Positions 57,120 to 64,000 of a stretch of 64,000 nt of DNA are shown one piece after another. This DNA is from Candidatus Latescibacterota bacterium. Its GTDB lineage: Bacteria > Latescibacterota > UBA2968 > GCA-2709665. The notes beneath the pieces are model-generated. The model was not told where the DNA came from. It made no database searches and saw nothing but the letters and a program-made list of their open reading frames with translations. Location of the stretch: assembly GCA_965205485.1 (NCBI GenBank), contig OZ242180.1:4832001-4896000 (forward strand). Reading direction: 5' to 3'. Each line of letters starts with the position of its first letter. Position 1 is the stretch's first letter. The position numbers and the translations under genes were made by a program.

Positions 57120-58088
57120 ATGAAACGCGTTGCAAAGCCGGAAGGCGAGTACAATATCGTCATCGAAGACGTCCCCGTACCTGAAGTCTCGCCCACGGAA
57201 GTGCTCATCCGGGCGGAGTGCAGTCTGATCAGCCGCGGTTCCGAGATCTGGCGGCGTTATATCCGTCCCGAAGCCATCGACCATCAAGCCATGGGCTACT
57301 CGTTCGTGGGAGACGTTGTCGAGGTCGGCGCCCGCGTGGACGGCTTCTCCATCGGCGACCGTGTGGCGGCTCTTGCGCCGCACGCGGAGTACGTGGCCGT
57401 CGAAGTCGTGGACTCACCCCACCGGGCCCCGGTTGTGCATCTTCCGGACGCGGTCTCCTCGGAAGCCGCGACGTTCTGGCCGCTGAGCACCAGTTCCGTT
57501 CTCTGGATGCGCGAAATCGAGGCCCGCAAGGAAGACACGGTGGCTATACTGGGTCAGGGTCTCGTCGGCTCGATCTGCATGCAGGCGCTGAACGCGGAAG
57601 TGAACCCCCGGGTGATCGCTGTCGACGCGCTTCCCCTCCGGTGCGAACTGGCCGCAAGCCTGGGGGCGGACCACGTGGTGGACGCATCGCGCGAGGATCC
57701 CGTAAGGGCCGTCAAAGATCTGACGGGCGGCGCAGGCGTGGAGATCGCGGTGGAGGCGGTGGGCGGCCGCGCCGGGGCGGCCGCGTTCGCGCAGGCGCAG
57801 GATATGGTGAAACGAAAAGGCCTGATCCAGGTGATCGGCCTGTATGAGGACGAGCCACTACCGCTCGACTCCGGAAAGATCCAGGGCCGGCGGATTGTCG
57901 GCGGGTACTCGGACGGCGGCAGACGTCCTTCGGGCTCCGACCGCGCCCTGCAGCTTCTCGCCCAGAATAAGATCCGCGCCGAAGCAATGATTTCCCACCG
58001 ATTCCCCTACCAGGAAGCGGCAGAGGCCTTCGACCTGCTGTATACGCGCCTGGGCGAAACGATGGGCGTCGTACTTGTATGGAAGTGA
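57120..58088 (+). CDS. MDR-family (zinc-binding type) dehydrogenase
   Basis: SLISRGSE, MGYS.VG, GDRV, GQGLVG. Confidence 0.85.
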   Translation: MKRVAKPEGEYNIVIEDVPVPEVSPTEVLIRAECSLISRGSEIWRRYIRPEAIDHQAMGYSFVGDVVEVGARVDGFSIGDRVAALAPHAEYVAVEVVDSPHRAPVVHLPDAVSSEAATFWPLSTSSVLWMREIEARKEDTVAILGQGLVGSICMQALNAEVNPRVIAVDALPLRCELAASLGADHVVDASREDPVRAVKDLTGGAGVEIAVEAVGGRAGAAAFAQAQDMVKRKGLIQVIGLYEDEPLPLDSGKIQGRRIVGGYSDGGRRPSGSDRALQLLAQNKIRAEAMISHRFPYQEAAEAFDLLYTRLGETMGVVLVWK

Positions 58089-58169
58089 CTGCAGGTGACG
58101 CTGGGCCGGGAAAATGCCGGCTTCCGACCCCGATCGGCCAGCCCATGCATGTCGTAATCCGGAGGTTTT

Positions 58170-59066
58170 GTGAAAAACGGCTTCTATAAGGGCCACGGTC
58201 TGGGCAACGACTACATCGTCATGGACCCGGCGGAACTGGAATTTGAACTCACGCCCGGCAATATCCGCAACATCTGCGATCGCAACCGCGGTATCGGCGG
58301 CGATGGCATCCTCACCCTGGAACCCGGGAATGGCGCCGACTTCGGCCTGCGCATCCTGAATCCCGACGGCAGCGAGGCCGAAAAGTCGGGCAACGGCCTG
58401 CGCATCTTCGCCAGGTTCCTCCACGCCACCGGTCGGACGCGAAAACGCGACTTCACGGTGGACACGATCGGCGGCCGCGTGGAGATCCGGGTGCACCTGG
58501 ACCATCACGGCGATGCCAGCCTCGCGACCGTCGAGATGGGACAGGCCGACTTCGATCCCGTCGCGCTGCCGTGTACGTTGACGGGGGGCGAGCTCATCGA
58601 ACGGCCGATCACCGCCGCCGGCCGCGAACTGAGATTCACGGGCGTCAGCGTGGGGAATCCCCACTGCGTTATCTTCAAAGCCGCGCACGAGTCCTGGACC
58701 CGCGACGACCTGCTCGAACTCGGCCCCGCCCTGGAGAATCACGAACTCTTTCCCAATCGCATCAACGTGCAACTGGCCGTACCCACGGGTCCGAAGGAAA
58801 TCTTCATCCTCATCTGGGAACGCGGCGCCGGCGAGACGCAGGCATCCGGTTCCTCGTCCTGCGCGGCGGCGAGCGCGGCTGTCCGGCTGGGTCTGGCGGC
58901 ATCTCCTGTAACCGTAAACGCGCCGGGCGGCGCCCTCCACGTCGCCGTCGACCCCCGGTTCCACCTGACCATGAAGGGGCCGGTCGCGGAGGTCGCCCTG
59001 GGGGCCCTGAGTCCGGCGTTCGTCAGGGAACTTCAGGACGACAACCGGGTTGACGCCTCCGGGTAA
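58170..59066 (+). CDS. dapF: Diaminopimelate epimerase
   Basis: KGHGLGNDY, GIGGDG, NPDGSEAEKSGNG, GNPH, WERGAGETQASGSS; Ser in place of both usual catalytic Cys. Confidence 0.85.
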   Translation: MKNGFYKGHGLGNDYIVMDPAELEFELTPGNIRNICDRNRGIGGDGILTLEPGNGADFGLRILNPDGSEAEKSGNGLRIFARFLHATGRTRKRDFTVDTIGGRVEIRVHLDHHGDASLATVEMGQADFDPVALPCTLTGGELIERPITAAGRELRFTGVSVGNPHCVIFKAAHESWTRDDLLELGPALENHELFPNRINVQLAVPTGPKEIFILIWERGAGETQASGSSSCAAASAAVRLGLAASPVTVNAPGGALHVAVDPRFHLTMKGPVAEVALGALSPAFVRELQDDNRVDASG

Positions 59067-59077
59067 GGCGAAATTTC

Positions 59078-60190
59078 CTATGCCACCCGGTATTTCTCCA
59101 GGGTCTTCTCGTTGATGGTCACACCAAGACCGGGGCCCTCCGGCACAGCCACGTGTCCGTCGACGACTTCGAAGCGTTCGCGCGTCAGTTCGTGGCGCAG
59201 CGGCGATTCCGACATGCAATACTCGAACATCTCCCCGCCGGGCGCCGCGGCGAGCGCGTGAAGCGACGCGGCGATCGTAATCCCGCTCTTGAAACTGTGG
59301 TTCACGACCCTTGCATGGCAGCGGTGCGCCATCCTTCCCACCTCCACCATGGTCGAAATCCCGCACCGCCCAGGGTCGGGCTGTACCCAGTCCAGTCCGC
59401 CTTCCGCCACTAGACGCTCGAATGCGTCGAGCCGCGCTTCCGCTTCACCCGCCGCGATGGGAACGGGACTTTCCTCAGACAACCTCGCGTATCCGCGCAG
59501 GTCGGACGGGTGCAGCGGCTCTTCGAGCCAGAACGGACGGAACTCCGCGAACCGGCGCGCCCGCTTCAGGCCCGTCTTCCAGTCCCATACCTGCCCCGCG
59601 TCGATCAGCACGTCCACCCCGTCTCCGACGCCCCGGCGGGCCTCCCTGACCAGGGCGATATCGGTCTCCTCGTCCTCCCCCATCGGCCCCCAGCCGAACT
59701 TGACCGCGGTAAAGCCCTCCCCCGCAAACCTCCGACCGAGTTCTGCAGTCTGCGCGGGCGAATCGCCGAACAGAATCGAACAATACGCCCGGAAGCGCTT
59801 TTTGTAGGGCCCGCCCAGAAGCCGGTAGACCGGCACATCGCATGCCTTGCCTGCAATATCCCAGAGCGCCTGATTGACACCCGCCATGGCGTGCCGCCCC
59901 ACGCCATCGCCGCCGTAGTAGTTCGTCGCGTCCGTCATTCGTTGCATACACGCTTCCACCGCCAGCGGGTCCTCAAGGTAAAGCGCATTTGCCAGGCCGT
60001 TGCAGATCTGGTGCGACAGGGGCGCATCCACGACGGCCTTGACCGCGGTCGGACAGGAATCCACCTCTCCCCAGCCCGTGAGTCCGGCGTCTGTTTCGAC
60101 CTTGATCAAACAGGTATCCTGCGTACCGTCGCAGGTTTCCGTGACGTGAGGGAGCCGCAACACCATCGCGGTAACGCGAGTGATCTTCAT
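59078..60190 (-). CDS. Mandelate racemase / muconate lactonizing enzyme family (enolase superfamily)
   Basis: GWGE, ALWDIAGK, AVKFG, IDAG, WLEEP, AAGE, PGLGV. Confidence 0.9.
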   Translation of the reverse strand: MKITRVTAMVLRLPHVTETCDGTQDTCLIKVETDAGLTGWGEVDSCPTAVKAVVDAPLSHQICNGLANALYLEDPLAVEACMQRMTDATNYYGGDGVGRHAMAGVNQALWDIAGKACDVPVYRLLGGPYKKRFRAYCSILFGDSPAQTAELGRRFAGEGFTAVKFGWGPMGEDEETDIALVREARRGVGDGVDVLIDAGQVWDWKTGLKRARRFAEFRPFWLEEPLHPSDLRGYARLSEESPVPIAAGEAEARLDAFERLVAEGGLDWVQPDPGRCGISTMVEVGRMAHRCHARVVNHSFKSGITIAASLHALAAAPGGEMFEYCMSESPLRHELTRERFEVVDGHVAVPEGPGLGVTINEKTLEKYRVA

Positions 60191-60276
60191 TTCAAGCCTC
60201 CGGATTTCGAAATCGGTCCGCGCCACGGCGCCAATGCCGAGCGCAATCCCGGGTGTACAGCAGGTTCCGACTGCGC

Positions 60277-60305
60277 ATGATACCCACCCCGCTTCGGCCT
60301 GTCAA
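60277..60305 (-). promoter_or_regulatory. Sigma-70 promoter for MR/MLE gene
   Basis: TTGACA-N17-TATCAT on minus strand. Confidence 0.6.
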
Positions 60306-60408
60306 TCCCCATGCCGGGATTGTGCGCGGGCACCAGAAACGGGTTGCACGGGCGCGCCGTTCACCGTAGATTATCCGCGTCCTGCACTGCACCCTAGGGG
60401 ATGCCGCT

Positions 60409-61170
60409 ATGCCAGCCGTCCAGAACCTGAGCGAAACCTACGAAGCCAATGGCGTGCTGCCTCGAATCGACGTCTTCTCCGAATCCGAGATCGGCGCATT
60501 CAGGGCGCAGTTCGACGAACTCGAAGCCAGAGAAGGCAGAGACGTCTGCCAGGTGGGCCTGCAGTCCCGGCACTTCGACGAGGAATTCATCTGGCGACTG
60601 GCCGCGGACGCGCGCATTCTGGACGTCATGGAACAGGCCATGGGTGAAGACATCCTGCTGCTGGCCACGCACTTTTTCTGCAAGTACCCCGCCCGGGCCG
60701 AAAAGCACTTTGTCGCGTGGCACCAGGACGTCACGTACTGGGGCCTGAAGCCGCCGCTGGCGCATACGGCCTGGATCGCCATCGACGACAGCGACGCGGA
60801 AAACGGGTGCATGCGCGTCATCCCCGGGTCCCACAAGAGCGGGATCGTCACCCACGGCACATCGGAACGCGCGGGAAACCTGCTGAGCATCAACCAGGAA
60901 ATCCCGGACGAACTCGTCGACACCAGCCGCGCGATCGACCTGGAACTCAGCGCCGGCCAGATGTCGGTCCACAGCGGCCAGCTCTTCCACGCGAGCATGC
61001 CCAATACCTCGAACCGGCGGCGTTGCGGCCTTACCGTCCGCTTTATCCCGCCCGAAGCCAGGCAGGTCGAATCCAACTCGATCGGCCAGGACTGGCGGCC
61101 CATCCTGCTGCGCGGCGTGAACCGATACACGCACCATCCCCTCTTTCCCGTGCCGTTTCCAGTACCATAG
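60409..61170 (+). CDS. PhyH-family dioxygenase
   Basis: VAWHQD, ENGCM.VIPGSH, FHAS.PN...RR. Confidence 0.9.
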   Translation: MPAVQNLSETYEANGVLPRIDVFSESEIGAFRAQFDELEAREGRDVCQVGLQSRHFDEEFIWRLAADARILDVMEQAMGEDILLLATHFFCKYPARAEKHFVAWHQDVTYWGLKPPLAHTAWIAIDDSDAENGCMRVIPGSHKSGIVTHGTSERAGNLLSINQEIPDELVDTSRAIDLELSAGQMSVHSGQLFHASMPNTSNRRRCGLTVRFIPPEARQVESNSIGQDWRPILLRGVNRYTHHPLFPVPFPVP

Positions 61171-61181
61171 AGAGAATCACG

Positions 61182-62051
61182 ATGGCGAAACGCAGGGTTG
61201 TCGTCACCGGCGCGGCCGGGTATATCGCCGGACGGAGTCTGCCGGTCCTCAGAGAGCGCTATGATCTCTGCCTGCTGGACGTGCGAGAGACGGACAGAAA
61301 CGGCAATGAGGTGGAGGACATCGTCCGGACCGACCTTCTCGACCGGGACCGGAATGCGTATCGGGAGCATTTTTCGGACACGGACGCGGTGATACACTGC
61401 GGTTTCACCCGTGCCAACGCGCCCGAGGACCAGTTCCGGGCGGAATCCGACAACATCGCCATGGCCTATAACGTCTACCAGACCTGTCTGGAAGCAAACG
61501 TCCGCAGGGTGGTCGTCATCAGCTCCAATCACGCCACCGACTTCTACGAGACGCTCATCTGGTCCGGCCGCATGGAATTCGTGACACCGGACATGCGCCC
61601 GCTTTCCGACAACTTCTACGGCTGGGCGAAGGCCTCGTACGAACTGCTGGGGTTCGCGTTTGCGGCGGGCAAGGTCGGAAACGGCAGGAAGCTTCAGAAC
61701 ATCCAGCTGCGGATCGGCGGTCCCCGAGACACCGTGGCCGATAATCTCAGGACGGACAACCTGAAAGGCATGCACCGCAGCCTCGGGGCGTATCTGAGCG
61801 CACGCGACCAGACCCAGCTTCTCATCAAGAGCATCGAGACCGAAAACATCGAAGACGAGAACGGCATCCCCTTTCAGATCTTCTACGGCATCAGCGGAAA
61901 CAGCCACAATTTCTGGAGTATCGCCAACGCCCGCAAGCTCATCGGCTACGAACCGGAAGACAACAGCCTGATCCGGTTTGCCGACAGGATCGCACCCGTT
62001 CTTGCTGCCGCGAAGCGGGACAAGGAAAGGGGCGTAAACGCCGACCAGTAA
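61182..62051 (+). CDS. NAD-dependent epimerase/dehydratase family, uronate dehydrogenase-like
   Basis: VTGAAGYIA, SSNHA, YGWAK, LRIG, LS.RD, GYEPED; start trimmed to ATG 61182. Confidence 0.82.
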   Translation: MAKRRVVVTGAAGYIAGRSLPVLRERYDLCLLDVRETDRNGNEVEDIVRTDLLDRDRNAYREHFSDTDAVIHCGFTRANAPEDQFRAESDNIAMAYNVYQTCLEANVRRVVVISSNHATDFYETLIWSGRMEFVTPDMRPLSDNFYGWAKASYELLGFAFAAGKVGNGRKLQNIQLRIGGPRDTVADNLRTDNLKGMHRSLGAYLSARDQTQLLIKSIETENIEDENGIPFQIFYGISGNSHNFWSIANARKLIGYEPEDNSLIRFADRIAPVLAAAKRDKERGVNADQ

Positions 62052-62175
62052 GCCGCTCGGGTCTCCGTGTCGATCCGCGTGACAGGGAAGACCCCCGCGC
62101 ATGGCCCGGAAACCGATCCGGACATCCGGAAACCCGGATACGCGGGGTCGACGGGTTCCTTGAAAGGTCAATCGC

Positions 62176-63300
62176 ATGAAGATCACCCGCCTTGAAACCA
62201 TCCCTGTTGCACAACGGTTCCTTGTGCTGAAGATGCACACCGACGAGGGCGTCGTCGGCTATGGCGAACCCCTGGACTATACGCACTGGCGAATTGTCGC
62301 GCGGGCTGTCGACGACCTGGCCGAATACCTCATCGGCAAGAACCCGCTCCAGATCGAAGACCACTGGCAGACCTTCTTTCGTTCCACTTACAGCCGCAGC
62401 ATGCCGATCATCATTGGCGCGCTCAGTGGCGTGGACATGGCCATGTGGGACATCATGGGCAAGGTCCTGGATGTTCCCGTCTGGAGACTTCTCGGGGGCT
62501 CGGTCCGGGACCGGGTCCGGGTCTACGCCCACGCCGGGGGGAACACGCCGGAGTCCTGCGCGGAACAAGCACGCAAGCGGGTCGCAGACGGGTTCACGGC
62601 CATCAAGATGGGCGGCGCCGTCACGCCCGTCCGTTTCGTGGATACGGCACGAGCGGTCGACGAGATGGTCGCCCGGGTGGCCGCCGTCCGGGAGGCCGTT
62701 GGCGACGACGTGGACATTGCGGTCGATCTACACCGCCGCCTGAGCCCGCAGATGGCCGTTATCACCGTCAAGGCGCTCGAACCCTATCATCTGCTCTTTG
62801 CGGAAGAACCCTGCCATCCCGAAAACAACGACGCCCTGCTGACCCTCTCCCGATCCACGCCCACACCCATCGCAACCGGCGAACGCCACCTCACCCGATG
62901 GAGTTTCTGGGACATCGTGGAAAAGCAGGCCTGCGCGGTTCTGCAGCCGGATATCCGGCACGTCGGCGGCATCTCCGAAATGAAGAAAATCGCCATACTG
63001 GCGGAAATCAGGGACATTGCCATTGCGCCGCACAACGCCGCCGGACCCATCGGCGTTTCCGCGTCCATCCATACCATGGCCACGGTCCCCAATTTTCTCA
63101 TCTGCGAGGGCGGCACGACCCGGGGTGAAGGTCTTCTGACGCCGCCGCTCACGTTCAACAATGGCCATATCGAGCTTCCCGCGGGGCCGGGTCTCGGATT
63201 CGAGATTGACGACGACGCCCTCGATGCCATGCGGGACGAACGCTTTCGCTTCCGCGGCATGTGGCGCTCGGAAGAAGACGGGTCCTTCGCGGACTATTAG
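62176..63300 (+). CDS. dgoD: Galactonate dehydratase-like enolase-superfamily enzyme
   Basis: TDEGVVGYGE, WDIMGK, LLGG..RDRV.VY, EEP, IATGER, QPD..H.GGI, APHN. Confidence 0.78.
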   Translation: MKITRLETIPVAQRFLVLKMHTDEGVVGYGEPLDYTHWRIVARAVDDLAEYLIGKNPLQIEDHWQTFFRSTYSRSMPIIIGALSGVDMAMWDIMGKVLDVPVWRLLGGSVRDRVRVYAHAGGNTPESCAEQARKRVADGFTAIKMGGAVTPVRFVDTARAVDEMVARVAAVREAVGDDVDIAVDLHRRLSPQMAVITVKALEPYHLLFAEEPCHPENNDALLTLSRSTPTPIATGERHLTRWSFWDIVEKQACAVLQPDIRHVGGISEMKKIAILAEIRDIAIAPHNAAGPIGVSASIHTMATVPNFLICEGGTTRGEGLLTPPLTFNNGHIELPAGPGLGFEIDDDALDAMRDERFRFRGMWRSEEDGSFADY

Positions 63301-63340
63301 CAAATAACGCAACCGAAAACGCACGCCAACGGACTCCGAC

Positions 63341-64000
63341 GTGTCAAAGACAGCCGACCCATACCGCTCGCGAAATCGATGGCTTGCCGTGCTCGCACTG
63401 TCCATTTCGTCTTTGCATGCGGCTGACGTTTCGGGCAATACGGATGACCGGACCGCGCGGGCCGACCGGAGCCCGCTATCCATTCGCCAGGAGTTCAACG
63501 CGGTCTCGGCGCAGATCGACAGTCTGATTCGCGTGATGAGCGCCGAAGACCCGGGAGCCATCGACAGGAAACGCCTGCCCGGAAACGCAGACGTCCTGCG
63601 TCTCCCGAAAGGGACCTCGGTTGTCTGCATCTTCTGGGCCGATGACGAGGCACGCGTGTGGCTCAATGACTTTCCCGTGGGCGAAACCCGCCTCACGCCC
63701 GTGGAAGTCGAGGTCCCGCACCTCTACCTGAGGAGCAGGAATCGGATCCGCGCCCGGTGCTGGGACACCGACCACGTGGAAAGCGGATTCCTCTTCGGTC
63801 TCTATCTGAAGCAGTCAAACGGCGCGCTGCACCCGATTCTGGTTTCCGACGAAAGCTGGCAGACCGAAAAAGGCCCAGCCGTTGAAATCACCTATGCGCA
63901 TCCCGTTCCCGACATCCCGTCTGCCCGTGTTATCTGGCATTCCATGATCTTCGGCCGGGCGGAATTCTCGAAGGGATTCACCCGGAGGGAAATCGAAAAC
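63341..64000 (+). CDS. Hypothetical exported protein with galactose-binding-like domain (partial)
   Basis: Open frame from GTG 63341 to window end: signal-like WLAVLALSISSLHA, then WADDEARVWLN...LRSRNRI...LVSDESW jelly-roll pattern. Confidence 0.6.
   Translation, partial: MSKTADPYRSRNRWLAVLALSISSLHAADVSGNTDDRTARADRSPLSIRQEFNAVSAQIDSLIRVMSAEDPGAIDRKRLPGNADVLRLPKGTSVVCIFWADDEARVWLNDFPVGETRLTPVEVEVPHLYLRSRNRIRARCWDTDHVESGFLFGLYLKQSNGALHPILVSDESWQTEKGPAVEITYAHPVPDIPSARVIWHSMIFGRAEFSKGFTRREIEN

Overview
High-GC, gene-dense bacterial chromosome segment from a diderm organism (TonB-dependent receptor, lipoprotein). It holds about 50 CDS, two tRNAs (Val-GAC, Phe-GAA) and four copies plus one scar of a 162-189 bp IS5-like MITE; no rRNA, CRISPR array or intact transposase was seen. 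The left half is mostly housekeeping (rny, nuoI 5' end, Fe-S carrier/peroxiredoxin/sodA, folB-folK-dNK-panB-panC, a sigma-70 factor, murD, cysC, CCA enzyme, murA, rlmN, larC) and includes a branched-chain polyamine synthase (bpsA)-DUF2156 pair. The right half is accessory: heparinase II/III, four PhyH-type dioxygenases, sugar/sugar-acid enzymes, an unusual membrane system (ABC ATPase, two OPT-like proteins and a 1511-aa degenerate-M28/FtsX fusion) and a microcompartment locus. The best candidate for an undescribed system is at 52.4-55.3 kb: a 2-domain and a 4-domain BMC shell protein that together supply exactly six different shell domains, followed by a DapA-family aldolase with an extra N-terminal module. 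Gene content resembles Latescibacterota/Poribacteria-like genomes (inference only). All calls come from motif recognition by eye; no database searches were run.
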